Assembly (NCBI RefSeq): GCF_009914755.1
Contig: NC_060925.1
Strand: one strand, 5' to 3'
Length of the DNA: 64,000 nt
DNA from: the human T2T-CHM13v2.0 reference genome, Homo sapiens
A model generated the notes under the pieces. The model saw nothing but the letters and a program-made list of their open reading frames with translations. It was not told the origin of the DNA and searched no databases. Both the position numbers and the translations under genes were made by a program. Below, one piece after another: positions 27,761 to 43,459 of this stretch (positions are counted from its first letter, which is position 1; the number at the start of each line of letters is the position of its first letter).

Positions 27761-28829
27761 TAAAGAAAACTTACAATATATTCCTAACTCTTACCTCTCA
27801 ATTTTTATGTCATTGTTATGGCACATTTTATCTTTACATATATTATAATTCCCACAATACAGCGTTACTACTTTTGCTTTAGAAGGTTAGTTATATTTAT
27901 AAATAGTGCAAATAAGAAATGAAATGTCTTTTATGTTTACCTTCATTTTTATGATTTCACATTTCTTTATATATACCCAAACTTTTCTCTGGTATTACAT
28001 AACATTTTTCTGAAGAGTTTCCTTTAACAGTAGTTATTTTAGCATAAGACTTCTAGTAATGAATTTTCTCAGCTCTCATTTATTTTAATAATATTTATTT
28101 CATCTTCATTTTTGAAAAAATATTTCACTGAGAGTAGAACTCTGGATTTATAGTTTTGCCTTTGTTGGTTTGTTGGTTTGTTTGTTTTAGTACTTTAAAA
28201 ATGTCCCTCCATTTTCTTTTTAGCTTGGAAATTTCCTAACAAGAACTCTGCTTTAATTATTCATGATTCCTCTCAACAAAATATGTCTTTCTCTGGTTGC
28301 CTTCAATATAGTTTATTTATCTTGGTTTTTAGCAATGTGATTACAATGAGTAGGTTTTTTTGTTTATTTGTTGTTTTAATTTATTCTGCCCAGTATTCTC
28401 TGGGTTTCTTAGATTTTTGGTTTGATGAATCTCACTATTTGGGAGAAATCCTCACTCATTATTTCTTCACCCATATTTCTTCTTTTTTCTTCGGATATTC
28501 TAAGTACATATCTTGACCATCTGATATTGTTACATGGCTCTTGAATGCTCTGGAGGTTTTTTAATTTCCTCCACTCTATTCTCTGTGTTTATAAGTTTGA
28601 ATAATGCCTATTGACCAGTCTTCGAGTTCACTGATTCTTCCCTCTGCTGTGTGAACTCCATTGATGAGCCAGTCAAAGAAATTTATCACCTTTGATATCA
28701 TCTTTGTATTTCTAGCATGTCCATTTGATAATTTTAGTTTCCTTCTGTCTGTTGAAATCTCCATCTGTTTAAAATGTTGTCAATTTAGATGTTGTAAAAC
28801 CATTTTAATTGTAGTTATTTTAAGGTCTC

Positions 28830-29508
<679 letters not shown>

Positions 29509-31589
29509 CAGATTCTGTTTGACATCTGTGTCATCTCTGAGTCTAGTCCATCAGTTGCTTTGTCTCTTGACAATGGGTTGCCTCTTCTGGTATTTTATAT
29601 GTTTTATAATTTTTAATTAATATCAGGCACTGTGTATAAAAAAGTAAAACTGAAACAAATCGTATTTATTCCAAGAATGGCCAAGTATCATCTTATATTA
29701 GGCTATTAGTGTTTGGGGTTGAGTTAACCTAGTCAAGAGTTGAACTGAGTATGGATTTTGTTGTTGGTAAAGTTATCTTAAGTAGACCACAGTCTTCAAG
29801 TTCCTCTAGAGGTGAGCTACCATTTACGTTTAAGGTGTTGTTAATTTGTTTGGATTTAAATCTACCTTCTTGGTGTTTTCTCTTTGATCGATTCATTCTT
29901 GGTGGGAGTAGGGTGCACAGATTTTTTTTCTCAGTGTCAGTGCTTCACCCTCCACTTTCAGCAGTCCCTAAACACCTGCCTCACAGAGAAGGTCTCTCTC
30001 CATGCCAATGTTCTTGTTTCTTTCTCAGCAACACATCACTGTTGCTTGGTACTCTGTGTCATGCCCATGATGGGAGCAGAGGGGAATTCTGTTTTGCTGA
30101 TCTAGTTTTAGTCATAGAGAAACACTATGCTCTAGAGCCTAAGAGTGAGGTATTTTCAGCATTTCAGAGTTTTTGTCCCTCCTTCCGATGTCAACCAAAC
30201 TCTGCCTTTTATCTACAGTCTGTCTTAGTAACAGTTTCTTGCCCCACTCTAGGCCTCTCCTTGATCTCTGTCACTATAATTACCACTTGTCTGCTTCAGT
30301 CTGGATCCCACCAATGTTCTTTCTCACATGAGCACCTCACATCATGCACGCTGCTCTTAAACACTCTGATTTCATTATTGATACTGATCGCCTGCCCTCC
30401 TCTTCACCTGCTCCACAATCAGACTTGCTCTGTGCCCCTTTGAAGTCCCCATTCTATAGGAAACTTTTCCTTACCACCGCATGTCCTATACAACCAGTCT
30501 CCTAGGTACAAAACAAGCCTTCCTAAACCACAAATTATCTTATAGATTTCATATTTTTGCATTAAAATTAATGCCTTTTATACTGTTCAATTCATGATTC
30601 TTAAAGATAATGGTGCAAGGAATTAGTTCATAGACTAAAACCTCTTAAACAGCTCTCAACATACATTTTCTCAGATTGCTGTCCCATCTTGGAACTCTTT
30701 CTACTGTCATATTGACCCATTGTGTGAAAGAAAGTTAACTAGGTTATATACTACATTAGAATTTGCAAAATGTTGTGCCATTTGCAAAAGTAATCACCAT
30801 TGCTTCTCTCCTCATAATCTTCCCCTAATATTCACTTCCACACACATTTCCTTCATCACAAATTAATACGACACTGCAGAAACTCATAAATAAATCTTTG
30901 ACTTTTTATTAACTGCAAAAGGTCAAATAATATTCTGTCTTCCTAACAATGATTTACACCAAAGTCATAAATATCTGCCTTAGAGTGATGGAAACTAATG
31001 TTTAAAATCAATTATTTTGTTATTCAGATACTGAAACAAGTAAATTTAATTAACAGTATTAAGCATCATTACATTTATTTCTGGAGTAGAAAAATTATTT
31101 TGCTAATACTTGTCATTTCAATTAACATCATTATGTAATTATAAATGGAACTTACACAGAAAGCAGGCTTCCAACCACCAGGTCTGTGGCCTTCTCCACC
31201 CCTAGCCTTAGCATACAATGGCCCATCTTCAATCACCCTTTGGAAGCTCCTATGCAAGAAGGCTTTTCTTGAGATTCTCCCAGGAACCTGATGGGTGGTT
31301 CAGACCATGTTGAGTCCTAAACAGAACACCCATAAGGACAAGTATTCCTCCCAAAATGCAATTCATTTTGGCTGAAGCTGACTTTGAGAACCCCAAATTC
31401 TCTATTCCTACAATTAACACCATGCTGCACCTCTCATGATCCACTTGCGGCCAATTTAATGCACCATTCTCACTTCTTTGTGATCTATTATTATCTTTTG
31501 TGCACACACAGGGTTTAACTGGGTTTTCTAGTCACCCCCCACTTTCATCCTAATTTTACTCTGTATTTTTGCCCTGGCCCAACTCCTGC

Positions 31590-33690
31590 TGCTGTTGTCC
31601 ATCCTCACAAACCTTCCATAGTAAGCAAACTTTCTTCTATTTTTAAAGGCTCTTTTAATAGTCCCTGTGCTTCCCGGCCTAACTAAAGCCTCGTTATCTC
31701 CTAAGGACACGATTGCCTCTAAAACACTCTTATGTGCAGGTTGCCCATTCTCCCATGGTCCACAGACCTCAAGACCCAAAGATAGAGCCTACACCTTTCC
31801 CATTATCCAGTCCTACTTCCACACCCTTTTTTCTGCTCCTCTGAGGCTCATACCACTCAGCAATGCCAGTATCAGTTCTCCTTTATTTTCTTTACCCACT
31901 GCTCATGCCCTTTCATTCACTGAATTATTTTCTCCCTTTTACCCACTCCACATGTAGCCATAATAATGGATGACTTATCCTCTAGTCCTTTAATTACTAA
32001 TGGGGCTTGTTATTTCTAATGACTTCCACCTTCACTCCATATCAGTCACTAACCAAAAAGGTCATACTCCAGACATCATCATCACCCGGAACTCTTTGAT
32101 GTATGAAACTATACTCAAACGTTTATGATCACATTTCCTATTCCAAGTATCATTCAAATACTCCTGCTTCACTTGCTGTATACCATGATGGGACCCTCCC
32201 CCTCACCAGGGTCCTGTCCCTTTTCTTCCTATCAATCCCCAATCCCCCTTTTAGTCACTGTTTTTCCTATCCAACAGAGGAAAACAGAATATGGACCTAT
32301 GGGTTCCTATGCCTAGGAACCCATAATGGATAGTTTCCATGTTTCATCACCTCAATTCCCTCTTGCTCGAAGGCTCAAATGCACATCAATTCAACTGTCA
32401 GAGCCATCACTATAACTACACCAGTGTTGCTGATCACAACTGTGCAGATTATTCTTTCTCTAACATCATGCATACCACAGTCACATGGGCCTTGGTAGCT
32501 GTCTAGCAACTCTTCCATGTTTTCATGGGCAGATTTCACTCTCTTTCTTCACAGTGGCTATTTAAATGCTTTTCCCCACATACCCACTCACTTCAGAGGC
32601 AATAGAATCCCCAAGACTTTCTGCCTTTACATTTGTGCTTATAGCCACAACCTTTATTGCTCATTTCTCCTGGTACCAAGCATGAAGTATTTCTCCTCTT
32701 GTCTAAGGGTCATTCTTCTACTTATTCTCTGGATTCCTCCATTCCTGTCTCCCCAGGGACATTCTATTTATTAGTAACTCTCTCCTATGATTTCAAATTC
32801 TGCCTCTTTTATTATCATTTTTGTGAGCAATTATAAATGCCAAAGAATTTCCCATCTTTAAAAAAATTGTCCCCAACCTCATATACATTACAGCAACATC
32901 TTTTGAAGGAATTAGTCACATCCTCAGCTTCCATTTTACCACCTCCTTATTGGCTATAATCTGGTTTCTGGTTCCACTATTTCACCAATGTCTAATTCCA
33001 GATTTATATTGCCAAATATTTACTAGATATTTCATTTGTACATGATACCAAAGTCACAGAGATAGCAGAATTTAATATGTTCCCAATTGGTGTCATGGCC
33101 TTACTCTCCCACCCCAACAGTTTCCCTGCTACCAAATTTCCATTGTCTACCAACCATTCTGGCCACCATTTTTCATTCTCCTTTGCTAAAACATCCTCCT
33201 CCATCTGACTTTTAAATTTTTGTTTCCTTTTATTTTGCGTAGCAGACTTAGTCAATCACATAATTTTCCATGATTTCAACAACTAATGGCTCCCAAACCT
33301 TTTACTGATCTCTAAATTTAGCTGCTTTCTAGGCACAACTTCCTGGAGTCACATAGCCCACACTCAGCAGGTCTGAAGTGCAACTCTAGTCCCGCAAAAA
33401 TCTATTCAATGCCTATAACTCTTTGAATAAAACCATTCATCCAAAACTTTCACATTGAATCATCCTTAGCTCCCTTCCCACGCCTCACACTCTGTATCCA
33501 ATCAATCACCAAGCCGCACAGATTTTCCTTCAAAACACCTCCCTAAATAAGGATCATCATAATCGCTGGCTGAATTATTACAATGGTTTTGGGACTGATC
33601 TACCTGCCATCGTTTCCTCCACACAGCATAACTTCCATTTTGACTTCTAGAGTCAGCCAATATGCAAATTTGATTTTATAACTCTAAATG
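31590..33690 (+). mobile_element. Long diverged L2 fragment (ORF2 region)
   Basis: C/T-rich; CCTAACTAAAGCC..TCTCCTAAGGACAC, GACTTCCACCTTCACTCCA, CTGGTTTCTGGTTCCACTAT and ATCCAATCAATCACCAAG motifs. Confidence 0.6.
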
Positions 33691-35639
33691 GCTTCTGCCC
33701 AAGCTTGCTATACTAAGGACTACTATATGTAAATCATCCTCAGTCCACTTGCATGGTGCCATCATATGGAATGCTCAACACCAGGTGCTAACAAAACTTG
33801 GAGAGACTATTTAATTGGGTATTGTGGAGCAATAAAGGAAAATCAAAAAGTAGTATGAATCCCATCTCTCTATTTTTCTACTACCCTCGTCCTAAGGTAA
33901 GAAACTTTCCCAGTTCATTCTTAGGCTGGAGATGCTTGGTGAATTACAGATGCCAGTGACTTATGCTGTACGATGTCGTGCTGTGTTGGCTCCAATTTTA
34001 TGTTATTTGGATTGTCATTGCAGGCGTAATTATCAAGGATGAGTTGGAACACAAAGTATCATCTGAATAAGAAAGATGAGCCTCACAGCAACTCTCTCCT
34101 CTGAGACAAGTTCAACCTTATATTATTACCCCACCACAGTCTACATCATCAACATTTCTAATGCAAGCTGGTACCTCTATATGGATTGCTGTATACTCAT
34201 TTCTTAATCAAACACTGTTCTGCTTCCTTTAAGTCTCAATTCAAAAGTCGTGTCTTTGTGATTTCCCCAAGTAAAGTGAATTTCTTTATCTCTGCATTCA
34301 CATACCTTGTAATTTACTGCCAATTTTTCTATCTTCCTTCCACAGTAGTAGTGATTCATCTTATTTACATTCAGAACTTAACACAACACTTGACTTTTAA
34401 AAATGTATGTTGAATGAACAATGAATGGATGGATGTGTCATTTTGGTGTCCCTGGAACAGATGTTAAGAGCAGACTTTCAGTTTCCCTCACGCTCAGTCT
34501 TCTGAAAGTATTTGTAACTTTTGTACATATTTTCCAATCTCAACAAGCTCACTAGTAAAATTTCGAATTACTCTTCGGGCTAGTAAGATCTAGAATAGTG
34601 TTAGAAACTAACAGTTAATATCATATAACCATTCATTTATGCTCATTCATGAGGCTCTAACTTGTGTCAAGTAAGAATCAGTCAGGGCCCAATGAGAAAA
34701 CAAAAAGTGAGAAAAAGCTTCTGTCTTTCAAAAACTAAATGTGGAGGACCACAGCCAGGCCTGCCCTGAGCAGCATTATCTGAAGGAGGAAGACAATGGT
34801 AGTAGATAGACCTTTGAATGCTGATGGGGCACCTCCCAAAGCCTTCTGATGCAACAGACATCCAGCCCATAGCTCCAGGCTCATCTAATGTGCCAGATTC
34901 TCATTCTACATAGGGTGCATTGATAGCCTCACTTCAAGCATGCTTCTAGAATAAACTAAAGAGACACTGAAATAGTCCATCTACTTATTGATATAATTAT
35001 ATGGCACAAACATCATTTGCACCATTTATTTGTTGATGTGGCAGTAAAGTAAAATGAAAGCCACTCTGAACTAACTCTGAGTCCTTTTTCATGCCAAGCT
35101 TCAAATGCAGCCTGACTCTTATATCTGGGGTTCCTCAAACAGAGAAAGATGTGTGCGTACACACATACATACACAGAGTCCACACGTACATACACAGAGT
35201 CCACAGATCTTTTTGTTTTTCCAAGACTTGTTACATCAAGGCCCTAAAGACTAGCTGCGGGAGTATCTCTCGCCTAATCAATGCCCCCTACAGAGCTGAA
35301 CTGCCTCCTACTGTTACCCCTGAGAAGTGAGAACTACCTCTGAATTCAGTAAGTGTTTGATGAATTAATGTGTCAGCCCTCACCAAAAACCTGAGTGAGC
35401 AAAAATGAACTCTGATGTGTCTTGACTTCTTCCATTACCACTGACTTCCTTAACAGGCCAGTTGTCATCCTAAGAAAATCAGAGATGTGTAAATTAAGAA
35501 TGAAAAGAAGCACATTCATTAGTCACTTTGCTAAGAGTATAAAAATGGCCTCTTTCAAGACATTTCTACTGTCACAAGTCTTTGAAACAGAAATAGAGAC
35601 TAGGTTTTCATCCTTTAGTCAAACACAAGTCTCATCCTA

Positions 35640-35755
35640 TATGTATGTGTGTGTGTGTGTCTCATACAGCCATATGTGTGTAAATAAATATATGATATAG
35701 GTAGATAGATGATTGATGATAGAAAGATAGATAGATAAATAGATACATAGATAAC
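35640..35755. repeat. (TG)n and (TAGA)n microsatellites
   Basis: Directly visible. Confidence 0.85.
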
Positions 35756-36296
35756 AGATTCCTCCATAATTCTCTTAAAGATGTTATTATTTTCCTAAAC
35801 TAATTTTCCCGCACCCAGCTCAAAACTTAAATTCTCTTTAGAGACCCTCCTGAAAGCTATAATTCTCTGTAATCCTGTAACTACAGCATATAACCAATCC
35901 TAAACTTCTATGGTGTTTCTAATCCATGCCATTCATTCTCCCTTTGGGATTCTGAGCTCTGCTAGTGGTGTCTATGTTTTGAGATCAGTGATAAGACAAT
36001 TGGTTTCAAACAATGCTATTCAACTGAGATAAAAAAGAATTTATTTGTATCAGCTATGAGCCCTGCACGGTGCTAGTTCTTGTGTTGGAAAGAGATGGAA
36101 ACGAAGAAGGGTTGGGTGAGTACTTTCTAAAAGCATAAGATACGGCTCTTCCAGTTTGAATTTGCAGACAGTAGGAAGAACCAGGGCTTTGTGAGAAGAT
36201 CCACTATCAACGAGTGAAAGATTTCTGTTTCTTGTTCCATCCAGAGGACCCAAGACTGGCAACAGCCATGCCCCCAGGATGTATTAACTCCTTCAT

Positions 36297-36484
36297 CAGT
36301 GTTTCTCAAAGTGTAGTCTCCAGACCACCTGCATTATAATTACTTAGGGAGTATAATAAATGCTGATTCTCAGACCCTGCCTCAGATCTAGATTAGAATC
36401 TCTGGAGTATAAGGTCTGAGAATATCAATTTTACCATGCTTTCTAGAAGAGCTATTGATGCGCATAATAGTTTGTGAATCACAG
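36297..36484. mobile_element. MER5A/B-like hAT element
   Basis: TIR-like ends CAGTGTTTCTCAAAGTGT and AGTTTGTGAATCACAG; about 190 bp. Confidence 0.7.
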
Positions 36485-37531
36485 CACAAAGAGTTCAAGA
36501 AAAAGACTCTCATTACTATCCACACACCCCTCATCTTCCTCAAAAAGAGAATACTGAAGCTATTGCAATTGGTGTCAAGTCTAGTTTAGTTTGCTCTGCT
36601 TCTGCCATTGGTGTCTCTCCACTTGCAGATTCATTCTTCCCCAGGTCCAGAGCCCATTCTAAGTCAACTCATAAAGACCATCTTGAAATTTAGTCTCACT
36701 ACCCAGACCTGGAAATTGGTGGCCCTAACCATGACTACTGAGTTGCTGTGTTTCCTGTCCAAAGTCACAAAATCTGGTGTTAGGATCACTGGAAGGTGAG
36801 TCCTTGGCCTCCATGAACTCCCCTGGATGAACCATCACTATGCAGTTTATTGGCTCATTCTGTGAAAGTGGCTTTCTCCTCAGCCTTCCTCTACTCTTGC
36901 TATCTGGTATCTAACATGAACTCTAGCACTGGGACTTTGCTCTGAATTCAAGACATTTGTTCTACAAAAATTTACTGAATACTATTGAAGGACTAAAGTA
37001 CAAAGGTGAATACAATTGCATCTTTCATACCTGGCAGTTCATGTAAACAAGTAATCACAACATGTGATAATCAACAGAAAAATGGAAGGGGAAGAGTTGA
37101 TACTAAGAAGAAAATGTTCAACTCTGCTTAAAGGGGAAAATAAAACCTTCTAAGTTACTTGAACTAGACACTTCAGAATGGGTATAAGTTGGAAAAATGA
37201 ACAAAGCAGAAAGTGCTCCAGAGATAACGTCCTATGAGAGCCATGAAACAGCACGACACATTCAAGGGTCTGCAAGTCTGGCTTGTGGGATGGCTGGGCT
37301 TTGAGACGGGAAAGTGGAAAGAAAACTCTCTATGCTTTCTTCCCTTAAGCTGAATCCTGCTGATCCTACCACCTTTGTGCTAAGTATGGGCAGATCTCCT
37401 TTCATTGACCATCTTCCTCTCCAGTTCTAAACTTCGCCTACTACATATATCCCTTCTCTTCAACTAAACCAGACTTCTAGAAGCACCCTCTAGACACTAA
37501 TGGACCACCCCGATTCTTTCAGAAGCATCAC

Positions 37532-37712
37532 TTTTTTAACTTTGCTTTTAAGTTCAGGGGTATATGTGCAGGTTTGTTATAGGTAAACTTATGTCATGGG
37601 GGTTTGTTGTACAGATTATTGTATCACCCAGCTATTAAGGCTAATATCCATTAGTCATTTTTCCTGATCCTCTCCCTCCTCCGACTCTCTACCCTCTGAT
37701 AGACCCCAATGT
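37532..37712 (-). mobile_element. Short L1PA13-like 3' end
   Basis: TTTTAAGTTCAGGGGTATATGTGCAGGTTTGTTATAGGTAAACTTATGTCATGGGGGTTTGTTGTACAG. Confidence 0.85.
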
Positions 37713-39036
37713 ATCAGACCAACTTTTGAAGGCTGAGCCACACCTTGTAAAGAAGTTCGTACTTTGTCCTAACCTTTTTCCTGTCCTGCCCTCCATCCAT
37801 ACCAGTTACATTTTGCTTAGATTCTGACCAGTGCTACTCCAGTCTTAATGTATGACAATCAGGGTTTACCTCAGCCTTATCATCTCAAGCACAATGAAGT
37901 TGGGGCTGCTCTGTGTGAAGTTCCTTCTCCTTCTCACTTTTCTTCTACTTGAGTTACAAGGCATCATTGCTTGTCTGATCCAGCTGGTATTTCTCAGCAG
38001 ATCACTGATCTCTGTAGTCCACAGCTGAGTTTTAGTGCCTTCTTAGAAAATACTTCTTGGTTTTGGCATCTTCTGCTTCTGTTCACTCTACACTACCTGC
38101 CCAAGTACTCCACAATGCAGCAATCCTGTAAGCTCAATAGCAGAAAATACTTATTTCAGACTAGTATTATTGTTGATTCCAAGATATAGGTATGTATTAT
38201 TTCTGCTCTTGTCCAAGAAGCTTCCTCATAACAGTGTCACCCTCTTCCCCTGATCATTTGTACTCATGCCCCCACAGCTCAAGCTTCTATTAACTTTCAG
38301 CAGAAAGACATGGTTATGGGGCTAAATCTACTTACTAAGGCAACTTAGTACATCAACTCTTCTCTGCTTTCCCACCAAAGGCAGCTTGTCAGGCAATAGA
38401 GCTTTATTCTGAATGTTTTATCATTATTAATCATGATAATACCTTAATGATGTATCTATCAAAGAAATTATTTTTAAATTATAAGTTCTTTGATGGAAGA
38501 AAGACAGTAAGAAAATATATTCTTGGGCTAAAATTATGAACTATGAATTTTAGCCCAAGAATATAGCTTTATGTCTGGCAAATATAGATGTATAAACACA
38601 ATTGTGGAATTTAATTAATTTGCCTCTAAATTTAAACTTTTCTAATAACTTTTAACTCAAATCACAAGGGTAAGAAGTTCCACTCTGACAATAGCAGACT
38701 GGGTAAAAACAACTAGAGACAAAATTTGAAAAATAATTTTTTGAAAGCCCAAGAGAGCTATAAGTGCAATATGAAATTGTAGAGCCAATATCTGGGAAAA
38801 ACGAGAAGACAAGAGATAAGCCCTGCATTTGGAGCCACTTTTCCTCTTAGGCATTTACCAATTATGAAAGTGTGATTGAGAAACCTAGAAAATCTTACCA
38901 AAGACCCTATGATGACAAATGGTAGAGTTCATGGTCTGCCAATGAAGAAGAACCCTAGCACACCTCAAAAGATTACGGTTGGACTCAAAGGCTCACACCC
39001 AAGGAAAAAAAATGATGAACCAAAAACAGCAAAAGG

Positions 39037-39189
39037 GGCCAGGCATGGTAGCTCATGCCTGTAATCCCAGCACTTTCGGAGGCCGAGACAGGCGAATCAT
39101 GAGGTCAGGAGTTCGAGACCAGCCTGTCCAACATGATGAAACCCCATCTCTACTAAAAATACAAAAATTAGCCAGGCGTAGTGATGGGC
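39037..39189 (+). mobile_element. AluS(g-like) left arm only, 3'-truncated
   Basis: Alu 5' end through the linker to TTAGCCAGGCGTAGTGATGGGC, then an abrupt switch to antisense L1. Confidence 0.9.
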
Positions 39190-39705
39190 TAAGTGTCCTT
39201 TTCTAGATGTTTATTTTTGTCAATTTAGTTGCAGATTGGTTGATTGTAGTCATGTGGCTTTACTTCTGGGTTCTGTATTCTGTTCCATTAATCTATATGT
39301 CTACTTTTCTACCAGTGCTATGCTGTTTTAGTTATTATAGCCTTGTGGTACAATTTGAATCCAGGTAATGTGATGCCTACAGATTTGTTCTTTTTGCTTA
39401 GTAGTGCTTTGATTATTTGCACTTCATTTTTTTCAATATAAACTTTAGGATTTTTTTCCTAATTCTGTTGAAAATGATGTTGTTAATTTGATAGGAACTG
39501 GGTTGAATCTATAGACTGCTTTGGGCAGCAGGGTCATTTTAATGACATTGATTCTTTCAATTCATAATCATGGGATGTTTTTTCATTTGTTTGTATCATC
39601 TACATTTTCTTTCATAAGTGTTTTGTAGTTCTCCTTATAGAGATCTTTCACCTCCTTGGTTAAACATATTTCTAAGTATTTTATTTTTTGTGTGGTTATT
39701 GTAAA
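39190..39705 (-). mobile_element. Antisense L1 (PB/MA-like) ORF2 fragment
   Basis: CAGGTAATGTGATGCCTACAGATTTGTTCTTTTTGCTTAG...AGAGATCTTTCACCTCCTTGGTTAA...TATTGTAAA. Confidence 0.88.
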
Positions 39706-40081
39706 AAAAAAAAAAGGCAAAACTACAGTTACTTTCTTCAAAAAGAAGATTCTTTCCTTGTGTTTTAATTAGAAACTTTAGATTTTTAGAAATTGATGGA
39801 CTAGCCTACACAAACATACAAATAATGCAAGCCTACATCTGTGACACATTGTTTAAAAAAAAAGTTTCATTTTAGTTTAGTGCAAAAATTAAGTTTATAA
39901 TTCTTACCAAGTGATTATTACAAAATGTTTATTTTATTAAATCCAATGCATTCACAAGGTGTTAATACTTTAAGTATTTACCATTTCTACCAACTGCATT
40001 ATCTAAGTAAACCAAGCAAGCACTTTTATCATAAATGTAGTCAATGACTATTAATACTTTTTTTAAAAAGGACCTAAACTT

Positions 40082-41183
<1,102 letters not shown>

Positions 41184-42040
41184 AAAAGGACCTAAACTTT
41201 CCCCAAGTTTCAGAACAGGTAGTTTTATTGTATGTTACATCTAGTAGATAATTTTTAAAAATAGTTCATATGAATGAATAGTTTCAAATAGAGTAAATAT
41301 ATTCTACCATGTTACAAAACACAGCAAATCAAAAGCAATTACCAAGTTGAATAATAAGTCACAAAGAAATAATTCTGGCTTGTACAGGAATGTGTAGTAT
41401 ATTCAACGCTCTTAACAGTTACCCACTAATACATATTTCTAAAGCTTAACTTGGAGTTCAAAGATGAGTTTCACAGTAATATAATTTTAACCTTCATTTA
41501 CATTCATTTTTATATATTACTAAGATGCCTAGTCTATGTCACAATGATGCTTTCCAGTGTCCACAAATTTTAGTTTCAAGATGTGCATATGTAATTCACT
41601 AACATATGGGACAGTTCTTACTATTATTATACCAACTATCCTAAAAAGAAAAATAAAACCCTACTTTACATAGAACTCTGAACATGGTGTAACTTAAAAC
41701 AGATTAGTAAAACATGATTTTTAAATATTTTAGCCATTTTCTATATATGTGTATAAACTTACCTATTTAATATATGAGAGCTACAACTTTATTCACTGAG
41801 AAATTATGCATTAATTTTCTCCAACCATCTTTCTTACCTTAACTCAAAAATCTTATGACTTGCTGACTCTGCTTCCATGAATTTCAAACTGCATTTTTTT
41901 TTTTTTGGGAGAAGGAGATGGAAGGAAGGTGATAAATACACTGTAAACAGAAATAAGCCTCCCTCAAATTAAGCCCTTTTTGTGTAAGTTCTTTTTTACT
42001 TCTAAAATATTTCTTTAATACTTTAAGAGTCAGTTACACA

Positions 42041-42338
42041 GGCTGGGCACGGTGGCTCATGCCCATAATCGCAGCACTTTGGGAGGCTGAGGCAGGTGGA
42101 TGATTTGAGGTCAGGAGTTCAAGACCAGCCTGGCCAACGTGGTGAAACCCCATCTCTACTAAAAATACAAATATTAGCCAGGCGTGATGGCAGGTGCCTA
42201 TAGTCCAAGCTACTCGGGAGGCTGAGGCAGGAGAATGTCTTGAACCCAGCAGGCAGAGGTTGCAGTGAGCCAAGAATGCACCACTGCACCCCAGCCTGGA
42301 TGTCAGAGTGAGATTCCATCTCAAAAAAAAAAAAAAAA
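42041..42338 (+). mobile_element. AluSx/Sz-like
   Basis: Full dimer; TSD AGTCAGTTACA at 42028-42038 and 42339-42349. Confidence 0.93.
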
Positions 42339-43206
42339 AGTCAGTTACAATGTTTCATCTTTAACACTAACACAAATAAATTACTACAGGGTAAGTCTGC
42401 CCTATCATTTTGGGACCTAAAATTCTAAATATGTGAACAGAAAAGTCAATACTTCAACGTTCAATTCTGAAACTTAGAACAGTTCTATGATTTGACTAAA
42501 TGGGTCAAAGCAGTTACAAACAAACAATTCAATAGGTGGTTGGTTATTCTGCTTTTGGAGGTGGGCAAAGAACAGAGAGTGCAAATGGAATAAGAAATAA
42601 AAATTGTTTCCCATTTTGAGGGGGAGGTATGATCACAGGGCAGTTTAAACCTCTGTAAGTCCATCTGACCTATCCAACCGCCTAAGATGAAATTTTTAAT
42701 TTTTAAAGTAACCCCCATTCTTTCCTTGAGACTTTCTTTAAACTGATGGGTAGTCACATCTCCAAGTACGATCAGAGCTTAGCAATTTGTTGAATAAAAT
42801 ATTACGAAGGTAAAAAAGACAGACTAAATTTTAAACTAGAAAAAAATCTACTCAAGTATCACATTCAGTTTTCAAGTCATTTACTGACACAGCTCAGCTA
42901 CAGATTTGGCTTCAATCACTCCTGAACATACTCACACTCACAACAGGCACCCCAGCCACTGATCTGCTTTATGACACAAGGCCATATGGTGAGAGATGAA
43001 TTCTCCAAGCCCAACTTTAATAGAATTCTAAAAGTAATTTCTAACTTTATGAAAATGCTTCTTCAGAAAATATTTTTCTATCACTCCTTCATCTCCTAAA
43101 CTGATGGATGTGTTTTTTTTATTCTAAGCTAAATCTGAACTTGCAAAATTGATTCCAGGCAGAAAATCTCTATAAATTAAATCAAAAACAAAAATAGATT
43201 ATACTT

Positions 43207-43284
43207 TGGATATATGTGTGTTTATGTGTGTGTGTCTGTGTGTGTATATGCGTGTGTGTCTGTGTGGGTGTGCATGTGTGTATA
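43207..43284. repeat. Imperfect (TG)n tract
   Basis: Directly visible. Confidence 0.85.
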
Positions 43285-43368
43285 CTGATTGGAATCCTCC
43301 AGCATTTTTAAACCAAATTAGATATGAATTTTGGGATTCTACTACTCACAGCTCAAAATCCATAATGA

Positions 43369-43459
43369 GATTATGCCATATTGCTTGCCTGTTATCAAAA
43401 CATCTCATGTACCCCATGAATATATACACCTACTATGTACCCACAAAAATTAAAAAAAC
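43369..43459 (+). mobile_element. About 90-bp L1MA1-3-like extreme 3' end
   Basis: ATCAAAACATCTCATGTACCCCATGAATATATACACCTACTATGTACCCACAAAAATTAAAA, similar to 3530-3600; flanked by ATCCATA(A/G)TGA at 43358-43368 and 43460-43470. Confidence 0.8.

Noticed and set aside
29751-30443. 230-aa plus-strand ORF
   Set aside because: Leu/Ser/Cys-rich with no recognisable domain; largely overlaps an antisense old L1 region, so probably a chance ORF.
33700-34080. Possible ancient DNA-transposon fragment
   Set aside because: I could not identify termini or family with any confidence.
39703-39736. A13 run as the LARP4 poly(A) tail, or a MADE1 fragment (GGCAAAACTACAGTTACTTT)
   Set aside because: The A run is on the wrong strand for a minus-strand retrocopy tail; the MADE1 resemblance is about 20 bp with no TIR and too weak to call.
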